From a virus (lineage: Duplodnaviria > Caudoviricetes), in the IMG/VR virus record IMGVR_UViG_3300015259_000006, positions 1 through 56,483 of that record: 56,483 nucleotides of DNA; one strand, given 5' to 3'. Within the stretch, counting starts at the first letter, position 1. Every line of letters begins with the position of its first letter. A program made the position numbers and the translations under genes. The notes below the pieces were generated by a model. That model worked only from the letters and a program-made list of their open reading frames with translations. It ran no database searches and had not been told where the DNA came from. Below, one piece after another: positions 24,782 through 33,904 of this stretch.

Positions 24782-25534
24782 TCATACGGCACACTCCAGC
24801 GCCGCCTTGACGGCACGCGCGATGGCTCGGCCCATCGGGAGCGGTACGCCGTTGCCAACCATCTGGCGTTTCGCGGATGACGTGAAGGGTTGCTCCTCAA
24901 GAAACCCGGCGGGGAGACCCTGTAGCCTCACCATCTCGGCGAGCTCCAGCGTTCCGCCGCCCCGGTTCAGCGACGATGACCGCCCCCCACTCTCCCTCGG
25001 CCGCTTCTCCTGCCCACCCCTGAGCAACCGAACCGGCCGCACACGAGCGTCCCCGGTCACGGCGAAGTCCCACCGAGTCGGCATGAGCGCCTCGCCCTGG
25101 AGCGGTAGTCCGTGCCCCGCGAAGGTTCCGAAGGTGACGCGGCGCTTTCGCTCCTGCGTCCCTCCGCACCAGCGGTTGTTCAGGATGTAGTCACGCGAGA
25201 CGTAGCCGGGCACGTTCGGGAGCGGGGCCGCCGGAACCTCTTCCATCAGCCACCACGCCGGCCGGGCCTCGAACACGACCCGCTCAAACTCAGGAATCAA
25301 GTTCGCGTGGCGAGGTTCAAATCCATTGGCCCTGACCATGTGGATGAGTTGGCTGAACGGCTGACACGGCGGCCCACCGATCACGCCATCGAAGCGCCCG
25401 GCCGGGGGATGGAAGCGCCGGACGTCCCCGCCCCACAGCAGGTCCGGCCCGCGCACGACGCAGAAGCCCTCCTCCTCGAACGCCATGTCGAGCAGCCCGA
25501 TACCAGGGAAGAGCGAGAGAACGAGCTGGCTCAC
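24782..25534 (-). CDS. C5-cytosine DNA methyltransferase
   Basis: LSLFPGIG, GGPPCQ, MEEV (ENV variant), QERKR, RLQG, VGNGVP. Confidence 0.9.
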   Translation of the reverse strand: MSQLVLSLFPGIGLLDMAFEEEGFCVVRGPDLLWGGDVRRFHPPAGRFDGVIGGPPCQPFSQLIHMVRANGFEPRHANLIPEFERVVFEARPAWWLMEEVPAAPLPNVPGYVSRDYILNNRWCGGTQERKRRVTFGTFAGHGLPLQGEALMPTRWDFAVTGDARVRPVRLLRGGQEKRPRESGGRSSSLNRGGGTLELAEMVRLQGLPAGFLEEQPFTSSAKRQMVGNGVPLPMGRAIARAVKAALECAV

Positions 25535-25592
25535 GGCTTGACGCTCTCGCCACTCCCCGGCGGGGCCGGGATGTCGAGCGTGAGTTGCTGGT

Positions 25593-25895
25593 TCACAGCT
25601 TGTCCAGAGCCTTGAGGTACCGCTGTGCCAGCTCGAGCTTGCACGGCCGGCGGTTGTGCTCGAGATCGTGGAGGTAGGACGCCGTCAGTCCCATCGCGGT
25701 GCCGAGGCGGCGCAGGCTCACCTGCCGGCTCATCCGCTGGATTCGCAGCGCGGTGCCTTCGATGTAGGCGATGGACCCCTTGCCCCCACAGCGGGCGCAG
25801 CGCTCCTGTCTCAACGGACTCTGGAGGCTCCCGGTTGCGAGAGCGCCGTAGGTCTGTTGGAGGTCCCGCCTGTTGACCGGCCGTCGTTTCTTCAT
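25593..25895 (-). CDS. XRE-type HTH protein with CxxC
   Basis: CARCGGKG; VSLRRLGTAMGLTASYLHDLEHNRR. Confidence 0.8.
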   Translation of the reverse strand: MKKRRPVNRRDLQQTYGALATGSLQSPLRQERCARCGGKGSIAYIEGTALRIQRMSRQVSLRRLGTAMGLTASYLHDLEHNRRPCKLELAQRYLKALDKL

Positions 25896-26059
25896 TGGCC
25901 CTCCGCCTCGCGCACGTCCCGGCAGTCACGGCACGGGCACGTCGCGTGCGTCTTGTAGTGGTCGCGGCAGCACACGCGCCACATCGCGTCCCAGGCGACG
26001 AGCAGGCGGCAGAAGAGGTAGCCGGCGGTGAAGCCGATGGCGACGGCCATGGTGTTCAT
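25892..26059 (-). CDS. Small membrane/Cys-rich protein
   Basis: GGAGG RBS; TM helix then CPCRDC. Confidence 0.5.
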   Translation of the reverse strand: MNTMAVAIGFTAGYLFCRLLVAWDAMWRVCCRDHYKTHATCPCRDCRDVREAEGQ

Positions 26060-26283
26060 GCACCCTCCGGGACGCCCGTGCCTCGTTGAGTTCTCAGGAT
26101 CGCGAGAGTTTCGGAGCGTCGGCGCCAGCGTCCCCGGCTCGATCGGTCGTAGACCCGCTCGGCGGCCCTGACCCGGTCGGCGCATCTTGCCCTGCAGTAT
26201 CGGATGCGGAGGCCGGCGTGGTAGACGGCGCCCGGCCCTTCCGGAAGGGCTCTCCCGCAGACGTAGCAGGCGTCGTATTTCAT
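26056..26283 (-). CDS. Small Zn-finger protein
   Basis: CYVCGR...YCRARC; GGAGGAGG RBS. Confidence 0.6.
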   Translation of the reverse strand: MKYDACYVCGRALPEGPGAVYHAGLRIRYCRARCADRVRAAERVYDRSSRGRWRRRSETLAILRTQRGTGVPEGA

Positions 26284-26435
26284 GTCCTTCCTCCTCCGTT
26301 GTGGTCCTTGCGCCACCCCGGCGTCACGCGCCCGGGGTCGTCGTCGTCTGGACCAGCGGCAGCCAGGAGCGCCGGGAGGGCGATCAAGGCTCCGGCCAGG
26401 AGGATCAGCGTGGCGACGATCTGGTCGGCAGTCAT
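26280..26435 (-). CDS. Tiny membrane protein
   Basis: MTADQIVATLILLAGALIALP; ATGA overlaps. Confidence 0.55.
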   Translation of the reverse strand: MTADQIVATLILLAGALIALPALLAAAGPDDDDPGRVTPGWRKDHNGGGRT

Positions 26436-28909
26436 GCCGCAGCCTCCGGGACGACCGTGCCGCCCGCCACCAGCAAGCGCGAGTCCGCCCCCTGCCAGAC
26501 CTCGGGGGAGTGGGACACGAAGAGGACCTGGTCGAACCCCCCGAGGTCCATCGCCCGCCGGAGCATCTCCACGTAGGCGTGCGCGTTCTCTGGGTCGAGG
26601 GCACCGGCCGTTTCGTCGCGCCAGAGCGTTCGATACTGGATGCCGGATTTGCGGCTGTTGTAGATCGAAAGCGCCAGCCCGAGGGCCTCCCCGACGACTA
26701 CCCGCTCCCCGCCGGACAGCGCCTCGACGGGCCGCTCCTGGCCGCCGTCGTAGACCCGGACGTCGAACGACTCGGTGTACTCGCCGGGCGCCGACTTCTT
26801 CTCCCGGAGGGTCTCCAGTGCGATGCTGAAGCGGGGGCCGTAGCAGGCCGTGAGCAGATCGTTCGTGACCTGGCTCACCTGTGGTCCCGCGGCGTCGATC
26901 TCGAGGGCTTGGATGCCGTCCCGGCCGAGGGCCCGCTCGAGGAGCGCCCAGTCCCCGAGCTCCTGTTCGGCCACCGCCACGTCCTTCCGGCGGGGCTCGA
27001 GGGCCGCGACCACCGCCTCGATCCGCTTGACGGTGGCTGCGGCCTGTCCCCGGCGCTCGTCCAGGGCCCGGAGCTTCGCCTCGACGCCCACGCGGCGGTC
27101 GCGCACGGTGGCGACCACGTCCCGGGCGAGGGCCAGATTCGGGGCGGCGGCTTCCTGGGCCTTCTCGGCTTCGACCGTGCCGAAGCGCGCCTTCGCCTCT
27201 CCGAGGCGCTTCTTGGCGGCGGCGACCTGTTCCTGCGCGTCGAAGAGCGCCTCGGCGAGATCTTCCCCGATCCGCTCTGTCTCGGTCACGACCTGCGCCC
27301 TGGCCGCCTCCGCCTCGGCCAGTCCCGACGCCAGGGCGCTGTCGATCAGGGCGTGCTCCTCTTTCTTGGCGACGAGGTCCCGCCGCGCGGCCGCGATCAA
27401 CACGGCGCGCGCGGCGGTCTCCTGCCAAGCCGCGCTCTCGATGGCTCGCTTCGCGATGCGGGCCCGGAGTTCCGCGGGCTCCGCCTGTACCTTGGCCCAC
27501 TGCTCGTCTGCCTCGGAGGAGCGGCGCCGCACGTCCTCGACGAGGACGAGAAGCTCCGGATCGACCTTGACCGTCGTGATGGCGAGCTTCGCCGCCCGCG
27601 CGTCTTTCAGAAGCGGGCACGCACCCGCGAGGTCCACGCCGAGCAAGCGGCCGCGCCCAGGTCCGGCCACCAGCTCTCGCTCACTGCGCCACCACGCATC
27701 GACGGCCGTACACGGCGCCTCGTTCATCAGCCCGGCTTGGCGCTGGAGCGCGCGCACCCGCTCCGCCACCGCCAGCTCGGCGTCCTCCAGCCTCCTCTCG
27801 GCGCCGGCGAGCTCCACCGCGAGCCGCGCCCGGAGGGACTCGATGCCGGCCAACTCGCCCATCCGGGCCTGGATCTCGGCGCTCTCCCCCTTCATGGCCT
27901 CGAGCTTGGCGACAGCAGCTTGGACGGCGGGCTCCTCGGCGATGACCGCCGTGGCGCTGGCGACCTGCGCGTCCAGTCGCTCGCGGGCGCTCTGGTGGAG
28001 CCGTCTCGCCCGCGCCTCCATCCCGTCCGGGTCCTGCCCGGCCAGCGCCTGCCGGCGTCTCGTCGCCTCGGTCTGAGCCTTCAGGCCCAGGTTCGCCGCC
28101 GCACGGATCGCCGCTTCCGCCGCCTCGACTTCCCGGGCGGCGCCCTCCCGGGCGCGCTCCAGGGCCTCCAGGCGCTCCTGGGCGCTCTTGGCCCGCTCGA
28201 GCGTGGCGACAGCCGCGGCTTCCTCCTCCTGCACGTCCTTGAGGACCAGGGCGAGCCCCTCCGCCTCCCCCTCGGCCATCTCCAGGGCGACCTTGGCGGG
28301 CCCCAGCGCCGCCGCCTCCGCCTCGGCCGATGCGATGGACTGGCGTTCGACCGCCAGGGCGGTCTCCGCGGCCTGCCGGCGATCGTGCGCCCGCTGGGCC
28401 AGCTCCTGCAGCCGACCGAGCCCGAGGAGTTGCGCGAACAGTTCCTTCCTGCCCTTCCGGTCCATGGTCAGGAAGCTGCCGGCCTTGTTCTGGGACGCGA
28501 ACGCGCTGGCGAGGAAGAGCTCCTGAGAGCCGAAGCGCCGGACGATCTCCGCCTCGAAGTCCTTGGCCTTTCCGCTCGTCAGGGGCTCCCCGTTCAGGAA
28601 GAGGTAGCCCTCGGTGAGCTTGCGATCCGCGTCGACCTGCACCCGGACCTTGATCTGGTCGCCGTCCTGGCCGAAAAATTCCGCCTCAACAAAGGCATCA
28701 CGACCATGACAGTGATCGTAGAGACTTCCGGGCCTCGTCGGAAGCCTCTTATAGAGAGCCGCGCAGACGGCTTCGAGTGCAGTGCTCTTTCCGGCTCCGT
28801 TCTGCCCGACGAGCGCGACGAGTCCGGGGCCGAGCGCCTCGAAGTCGATCCGGACCGGGGCCCCCGTGAACCGCGTGAGCCCCCTGAAAGCAAGCCTGCG
28901 AAGCTTCAT
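26432..28909 (-). CDS. sbcC: SbcC/Rad50-like SMC ATPase
   Basis: GQNGAGKST, Q-loop ASQ, coiled coil, LSGGE, WRDETAGALD, VSH. Confidence 0.95.
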   Translation of the reverse strand: MKLRRLAFRGLTRFTGAPVRIDFEALGPGLVALVGQNGAGKSTALEAVCAALYKRLPTRPGSLYDHCHGRDAFVEAEFFGQDGDQIKVRVQVDADRKLTEGYLFLNGEPLTSGKAKDFEAEIVRRFGSQELFLASAFASQNKAGSFLTMDRKGRKELFAQLLGLGRLQELAQRAHDRRQAAETALAVERQSIASAEAEAAALGPAKVALEMAEGEAEGLALVLKDVQEEEAAAVATLERAKSAQERLEALERAREGAAREVEAAEAAIRAAANLGLKAQTEATRRRQALAGQDPDGMEARARRLHQSARERLDAQVASATAVIAEEPAVQAAVAKLEAMKGESAEIQARMGELAGIESLRARLAVELAGAERRLEDAELAVAERVRALQRQAGLMNEAPCTAVDAWWRSERELVAGPGRGRLLGVDLAGACPLLKDARAAKLAITTVKVDPELLVLVEDVRRRSSEADEQWAKVQAEPAELRARIAKRAIESAAWQETAARAVLIAAARRDLVAKKEEHALIDSALASGLAEAEAARAQVVTETERIGEDLAEALFDAQEQVAAAKKRLGEAKARFGTVEAEKAQEAAAPNLALARDVVATVRDRRVGVEAKLRALDERRGQAAATVKRIEAVVAALEPRRKDVAVAEQELGDWALLERALGRDGIQALEIDAAGPQVSQVTNDLLTACYGPRFSIALETLREKKSAPGEYTESFDVRVYDGGQERPVEALSGGERVVVGEALGLALSIYNSRKSGIQYRTLWRDETAGALDPENAHAYVEMLRRAMDLGGFDQVLFVSHSPEVWQGADSRLLVAGGTVVPEAAA

Positions 28910-28913
28910 GGGC

Positions 28914-30077
28914 TCAGCCCTCCCGCTCGATCGTCGTGACCTTGTCCGCGAGGCGGGCCTGTTGCTCGGGCGTGATGCTCATGCCCTTCGCGTCGAAGTA
29001 GGCCTGGAGCTTGTCGGCGATCGACTTGGACGCCCCTATCGACTCGCTGCGGACGCGGGTCTCGTGCTGGACGACCGCCTCGAGCTTCACCTCGGCGGCG
29101 CCGTGGTCGAGCAGGAAGCGCCGGAGCGTGTCCTCGTCGACGGTGTGCAACTGGCCGGCTCCGATCCGGTAGCGGAATCGCACGAGCGCCCCCTTGATCT
29201 CAGCGAGTTGTCCGGGCGTGCAGATGGCATCGCCCTGTCCTGCGGTCTGGGTCCAGTCGGCCTCGAGCAGCAGGATCTCGCGGGCCGGGAGAGGGCGGAA
29301 CTCCAACCCGGCGAAGGAGCCGTCCTCGTTGAAGCTCACGAGGTTGTAGCCCTTCGGCTCGCTCTCCCCGAAGTTCTGGCGCACCGGCGAACCGCTGTAG
29401 GAGACGCGGCCGTCGAACCACGATTGGCTCTTGTGAACATGCCCCAGGGCCGCGTACTCGCAGCCGATCTCCTGGATCGCGTAGGGAGTCAACTCGATCC
29501 CGACTCCCTGCATGACCTGCCCGGTACTGGTCACGGATCCGGCCACCATGAGATGTGACACGAGGATCGGGACGAAGCCCTCGGCGCGAAGGCGCGAAGC
29601 CTCGGCATGTAGACCAACCAGAAGGGTCTCCATCGCCTCGATCGTCATCAGCCGTGTCTTCTCGGAATCGACCCCGGCGTCGAGATGTGACACGAAGTGG
29701 CTCTTGTCCGCCCACGGCAACGCGATGATGCCGAAGCGCCCGTGGACGCGGGCGCCCTCCGGAAGCGTCGGCCGGTCCATGACGACGAGAGGGAGGTGGG
29801 TTTCAAGACGACCGAAGATCGTCAGATCTCCGGCAACATCGTGGTTCCCCTTCACGATGAATACCCCCGCGATGGACGCAGCCTCCTGGAGAAACTCCGC
29901 CAAGACGATGCGCTCCTCCGGGGTGGATCGCCGGTCGAAGAGGTCGCCCGCGATGACGATCAGGTCTACGGCCTGCGCCTTCACGTCAGCCAGGAAGGCG
30001 TTCAGGACCACAATGAGGTCCGCTGGGCGCAGGTGCTCGCAGACGTGCAGGTCCGAGGTGTGGGCCAGTGTCAACAC
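28914..30077 (-). CDS. sbcD: SbcD/Mre11-like nuclease
   Basis: HTSDLH, AGDLFD, GNHD, SH, ALGHVH, YSGSP; GTG 30077 with GGAGG RBS, overlapping the HNH stop. Confidence 0.95.
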   Translation of the reverse strand: MLTLAHTSDLHVCEHLRPADLIVVLNAFLADVKAQAVDLIVIAGDLFDRRSTPEERIVLAEFLQEAASIAGVFIVKGNHDVAGDLTIFGRLETHLPLVVMDRPTLPEGARVHGRFGIIALPWADKSHFVSHLDAGVDSEKTRLMTIEAMETLLVGLHAEASRLRAEGFVPILVSHLMVAGSVTSTGQVMQGVGIELTPYAIQEIGCEYAALGHVHKSQSWFDGRVSYSGSPVRQNFGESEPKGYNLVSFNEDGSFAGLEFRPLPAREILLLEADWTQTAGQGDAICTPGQLAEIKGALVRFRYRIGAGQLHTVDEDTLRRFLLDHGAAEVKLEAVVQHETRVRSESIGASKSIADKLQAYFDAKGMSITPEQQARLADKVTTIEREG

Positions 30078-30544
30078 GCGATTCCTCCCCAGCGCTTTCC
30101 ATTGAGAATGCGACTGATGCAAGAGTCACGAACGCCGAACATCGCTCCGATGTCCTCCTGGCTCCTTCCGCCCGCTGCCCACAGACGCTTGATCTCCAAA
30201 ACGTCCGAGTTCTTGAGCTTGGCCATACCGTGACGGTGCCCGCTGGCGGAACGTTTTCGCCGCGCCATGTCCTCGCCGTTTTGCTTGTGGGTCTTGGGTT
30301 CTATGTGCGCTGGATTGCAGCACGGTGGATCGTCGCAAGAATGCGCGCCCTCCAGACCCTTGGGCATGGGCCGACCCTGCTCGATTTCCCACGCCACACG
30401 GTTGGCTCGAAGGAGTTTGCCGTCGAATGAAATGACCCCGTACCCGCCATTGGTTTGCGCGGCGAGCCACGGCCAGCAAGAACGCGGGCCACCAGAACGA
30501 TCTACGAGCGACCAGAAGTGCCGAATGAACGTGTCTGGATACAT
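30071..30544 (-). CDS. Free-standing HNH homing endonuclease with C-terminal HTH
   Basis: CWPW...GYG...ANRVAW...HSCDDPPCCNPAH...N..DM; AKL...SQEDIGAMFGV..SCISRI..GKRW. Confidence 0.92.
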   Translation of the reverse strand: MYPDTFIRHFWSLVDRSGGPRSCWPWLAAQTNGGYGVISFDGKLLRANRVAWEIEQGRPMPKGLEGAHSCDDPPCCNPAHIEPKTHKQNGEDMARRKRSASGHRHGMAKLKNSDVLEIKRLWAAGGRSQEDIGAMFGVRDSCISRILNGKRWGGIAC

Positions 30545-30556
30545 GGATGGCCGCCT

Positions 30557-30604
30557 CTACTTCTTCTTCTCGTGGGTGTCGCTGATGTGGGCGAGGCGAT
30601 GCAT
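30557..30604 (-). pseudogene. Orphaned 5' stub of an sbcD-type gene (MHRLAHISDTHEKKK*)
   Basis: ATG 1 nt after the upstream stop; encodes metallophosphoesterase motif I (HxSDxH), then stops. Confidence 0.8.
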
Positions 30605-30605
30605 C

Positions 30606-31352
30606 TCAGGCGATCACGGCGACTTTGGTGTCGACGAGCGCGTCCACCAGCCAGGTCTTTATCTGGTCCACGGCCTCGAGCTTCCAGGCCCCTCCGTCGG
30701 CCTCGAAGAGGGCGCATGTGGGCCCGCCGCTCCGGAGCCGGAGGATGAACCGCGACTCGGGCTGCTCGACCTCCCGGAAGGTCCGGTAGGGCGCCAGCGG
30801 GACCGGGTTCGGCACGGGCACCTCGGCCAGCATGACGGCGCCCTGCTTCGCCACCACGCTCTGCGTCACGCCGTCGTCGGTCGTCTGCCGGACCGCCTCG
30901 TCCTTCACGTTGCCGATCAGCTTCAGGACTTGGGCCAGCGTGTCGGTGGGGACGAAGGAGGCCTGCAGGCCGATGATGAACGTCTCCATGTCGTGCCACC
31001 GGCCGAACTCGAAGGCCGCCGCTCCGAAGAGGCTGAGGTCCGCGGTGGCGAGCGTGGCCCGCTGGCGGAAGGCTCCGCTGATGGGGCCGAGGAGCTCGAC
31101 GCGGGTCGGGCCGACCACATGCGCGAGGAGCCCGTCCAGCGCCAGGCCGTCGCGGTTGTCCCTCACGTAGGCGGCGAAACCGGCGAGCGTGCCGAGCTTG
31201 AGCGTGGGCGGCAGGTTCTCCGGCTGCGGAAGTTTTTCGAGCTTCCAGCCTTCGGTGCCGGGGAGGGCCAGGTGCTGGACGTTGTTCACCGTGACGACCT
31301 GGGGCGCCTCGATCGCCTCGGACAAGGCTTCGACGAAGGATCCTTCGATCAT
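30606..31352 (-). CDS. Conserved phage protein (YfdQ/DUF2303-like)
   Basis: VPNPVPLAPYRTFREVEQPES.F..R...ALFEADGGAWK. Confidence 0.75.
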   Translation of the reverse strand: MIEGSFVEALSEAIEAPQVVTVNNVQHLALPGTEGWKLEKLPQPENLPPTLKLGTLAGFAAYVRDNRDGLALDGLLAHVVGPTRVELLGPISGAFRQRATLATADLSLFGAAAFEFGRWHDMETFIIGLQASFVPTDTLAQVLKLIGNVKDEAVRQTTDDGVTQSVVAKQGAVMLAEVPVPNPVPLAPYRTFREVEQPESRFILRLRSGGPTCALFEADGGAWKLEAVDQIKTWLVDALVDTKVAVIA

Positions 31353-31354
31353 GG

Positions 31355-31714
31355 CTATGCGCTTCCTTTCTTTCCGACCTCGTGGATCACGGGCCTCTCA
31401 TCGAAGAGTCCCGCCTGGCGTGGATTGAACTCGGTGGCGACGAGCTGGCCCTGGTGGCGGCCGAAGTAGACCTCGGTCTTCGCCCCCTTCAGGCCGGCGA
31501 GCTTGGAGGAGGCCTTGATCCGTACCTCGCCCTTCTCGCGGTCCTCGTCCGGAGCGAACGTCACCTGCAGGGTCACCGTCCGGGTCGCGGTGGCGTCGGT
31601 GTTCGGGTCCTGGATGTTGCGGAGCAGCTTGTCGAGCTCCGACTGGAAGAGCTCGGCAGCCGCGCCGTCGGCCAAGCTCGCGAGTGTCACGACCGGCAGC
31701 GTCTTCTCCGTCAT
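31355..31714 (-). CDS. Conserved phage protein (often annotated replication terminator protein; YfdP-like partner)
   Basis: LADGAAAELF..EL...NIQDPNTDA...RTVTL. Confidence 0.75.
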   Translation of the reverse strand: MTEKTLPVVTLASLADGAAAELFQSELDKLLRNIQDPNTDATATRTVTLQVTFAPDEDREKGEVRIKASSKLAGLKGAKTEVYFGRHQGQLVATEFNPRQAGLFDERPVIHEVGKKGSA

Positions 31715-31746
31715 CTCGTCCTCCCGTTCAAAGAAACGGCGGTCGC

Positions 31747-32883
31747 TCACTTCGCTTGGGTGGCCCACCTCGCCTGGACGTCCTGGGCCGTGAGCGTGGG
31801 CCACCGGGGGATGCCGAGGTTGGCGAGATCCTTGTGGCGCCCGACGTCGAACTGGCGCCCCGGGTAGCAGACCGCGCAACGCGGGGTGCCGATCTTCTGC
31901 TTCGTGACCTCGGCCACCTCGGGCGTGATCTCCCCCTGGCACCCGCACGGGCAGGCGCAGACGATCAGGGACGAAGACGGCTGCTCGTCGAAGTCGGGGA
32001 TCTCGTCCTCGAAGGCCTTGGGTTCGGGTTCCGCGGCGGGCGCGACGGATGGTGCCGCTGCGCCTTTCGCCGGCGCCGCCGGGCCAGGAACGACGGCCGG
32101 CTCACCTGGCATCGCCGGAGGAGCGAGCTTGGCGAGATCCGCAGGGGGCCCGCCCCCAAAGAGCTTCCCGCCCGTGTCCATCGCCTCCTGGATCGCCGCC
32201 GCCTTTTGGTCGGGATCGCTGAGATCCCAGCGCTTGACAAGCTTCGGCACCACCCAAGGCTTTCTCTTGAGGTCGTCCACCTTGTAGACCTGCGCGAGCC
32301 CGAAGAGGGGCCGCAGCGCGCGGAGGATGGCCTTGCTCTCCGCCATCTCGGCCACGAACTGGCGCGCCTGCGCGAGCTGGTTCGGAGTCATCGCCTTGGC
32401 GGCCGGGGAGTTGGGGCTCAGGTCGACGCGCTTGTGGCCGGGGTACTGGCGCCAGAGCCCGTCGAAGTCCTGGTTGTAGACGACCGCTTGAAACTCCGCT
32501 GCGAACGGCTCCTTCCGGTCGTCCACGCGCGTCGAGATCGGGTTGGCTCCGGCCACACCCAGGATCGCGGCCAGGCCGTTCTTGGTGAGGCCGACCTCTC
32601 CCGGGCTCATGAAGGCGGGGTTGAAGTAGCAGTGCGGTCCCGCCTTGTAGATCGTCTTCCCGTTCTCCGTCTTCGTGACGCTGAAGGACGGGTCGATCCA
32701 GAGCACGCGGAGGCTGATCGCGTGGAAGTCCGGGACGTGATCGACGCCAGCGAGCGGGGTGAGGATGAAAGCGGCGTCCTTCTCCCGTAGTGCCGCCAGG
32801 GCAAGCCCGACTTCTCGAGCGCTACTCAGGGGCTTGTTGGGGACGAGGGCTCCGACATCCATTCGAGCGAGCGACTGCGACAT
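31747..32883 (-). CDS. Putative single-strand annealing/recombination protein
   Basis: LTKNGL...EMAESKAILRALR..FGL..Y....L.KPW; C-terminal Zn finger; upstream of sbcDC. Function inferred from context. Confidence 0.55.
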   Translation of the reverse strand: MSQSLARMDVGALVPNKPLSSAREVGLALAALREKDAAFILTPLAGVDHVPDFHAISLRVLWIDPSFSVTKTENGKTIYKAGPHCYFNPAFMSPGEVGLTKNGLAAILGVAGANPISTRVDDRKEPFAAEFQAVVYNQDFDGLWRQYPGHKRVDLSPNSPAAKAMTPNQLAQARQFVAEMAESKAILRALRPLFGLAQVYKVDDLKRKPWVVPKLVKRWDLSDPDQKAAAIQEAMDTGGKLFGGGPPADLAKLAPPAMPGEPAVVPGPAAPAKGAAAPSVAPAAEPEPKAFEDEIPDFDEQPSSSLIVCACPCGCQGEITPEVAEVTKQKIGTPRCAVCYPGRQFDVGRHKDLANLGIPRWPTLTAQDVQARWATQAK

Positions 32884-32923
32884 AACGTCACCTCTTTCTT
32901 TCCTTCAGCAATCTGAGGAGCGC

Positions 32924-33325
32924 TCATCTCAGCGTCCTCGTCTTGTGCAGATTCCAGCCCGCCGCGCCGAGCCACATGCCGGCGACTCCCCACCGCAGCC
33001 ACTTCGCGCCCTTGGGATGCCCGGCCTTCCGCAGCCGGTCGCAGGCCCAGGTGGTTGTGGCGATGGACGCCGCCTTGACCACGAGGGAGACGGCCGGCTC
33101 GCTCATCACCGGGTTGGCCTCGTAGCAGCCCGTGCAGTTCATCAGCGCGTAGTGGGTGGACGCGATGTCTACCCCCGCGGCGAGCGACAGGATGACCACG
33201 TCGGTCCCCGCGTCGTCCGGGCAGGCCGAGGCGGCGATGGCCACGAGGCCAGCGGCCAGGAAGGCGGCCAGCGCGATGCGGCCGCAGCGGGATCCGCTCA
33301 TCAGCTTTCGCTCCTCGAGGCCCAT
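32924..33325 (-). CDS. DUF5658-like membrane protein
   Basis: DIASTHYAL...YEANPVM; TM helices. Confidence 0.65.
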   Translation of the reverse strand: MGLEERKLMSGSRCGRIALAAFLAAGLVAIAASACPDDAGTDVVILSLAAGVDIASTHYALMNCTGCYEANPVMSEPAVSLVVKAASIATTTWACDRLRKAGHPKGAKWLRWGVAGMWLGAAGWNLHKTRTLR

Positions 33326-33338
33326 TGCCGCAGCTCCC

Positions 33339-33644
33339 TCACTTGCAGGCGCGGAGCAACTCGCCGCGCTCGTACCGGACGACACGTCCGACTCGACGAA
33401 TCACGCGCGGGGAGCGGCGCGCCAGACGGTGAACGGTTCGGCGGTCGACCTTCAGGAGGGCGGCCGCTTCCTCGATCCGGAGCAACTCCTCGGGCTCCCG
33501 TCCGCCGGCCACGAGCCGCGGACCATGCCGCTCCTCCGTCACCGCCAGGAGGTGCAGCGCATCCGCCACGCGGCGCAGGGCCTCGGCGGCGCCCTCGAGC
33601 GCCTGCTCACGCGCGTTCGCGGTCGTGAGGGCCGTCGCGCTCAT
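33339..33644 (-). CDS. Excisionase-like HTH_17 DNA-binding protein
   Basis: LLRIEEAAALLKVDRRTVHRL...RVGRVVRY. Confidence 0.85.
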   Translation of the reverse strand: MSATALTTANAREQALEGAAEALRRVADALHLLAVTEERHGPRLVAGGREPEELLRIEEAAALLKVDRRTVHRLARRSPRVIRRVGRVVRYERGELLRACK

Positions 33645-33835
33645 TGCGCCGCCTGTGGCTTCTCGGACACATTCTTGAGGGCGGCATCGACAGCCAGCGC
33701 AACCGGGCCAGGGATCAACCTGTGGTTGTTGAGCCACATGCTGACCGCCCCGTCGCTGACCCCAAGATATTGGGCCATCTGGCGTTGATGCCACCCCAGC
33801 TTGTTCAGCGCGGATCGGAGTGTCTTGCTCGTCAT
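33641..33835 (-). CDS. Cro-like XRE HTH regulator (64 aa)
   Basis: LRSALNKLGWHQRQMAQYLGVSDGAVSMWLNNHRLIP. Confidence 0.88.
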   Translation of the reverse strand: MTSKTLRSALNKLGWHQRQMAQYLGVSDGAVSMWLNNHRLIPGPVALAVDAALKNVSEKPQAAQ

Positions 33836-33844
33836 CGTGGATGG

Positions 33845-33883
33845 ATAATGGGGCTTGCTTTTCACGTTGTCAAGCTTTATCTT
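33845..33883. promoter_or_regulatory. Overlapping divergent sigma70-type promoters
   Basis: Minus strand TTGACA-17-CATTAT (33873-33845); plus strand TTGCTT-17-TATCTT (33855-33883); AT-rich island. Confidence 0.8.
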
Positions 33884-33904
33884 GTGAATCTGGAGGCGAA
33901 TCAG

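Noticed and set aside
24423-24794. 123-aa ORF across the tRNA-like element
   Set aside because: No recognisable motifs; base-pairing explains the sequence better, though translation is not excluded.
26282-28939. 885-aa plus-strand ORF and similar long antisense ORFs (9646-11487, 45895-48153, 51490-53202)
   Set aside because: Antisense shadows of GC-rich genes; no motifs, and the opposite strand has clear family signatures.
30071-30560. Group I intron or ribosomal bypass joining the sbcD stub to sbcD
   Set aside because: The HNH ORF fills the interval, leaving no room for a ribozyme core, and downstream sbcD has its own RBS, start and complete motif I.
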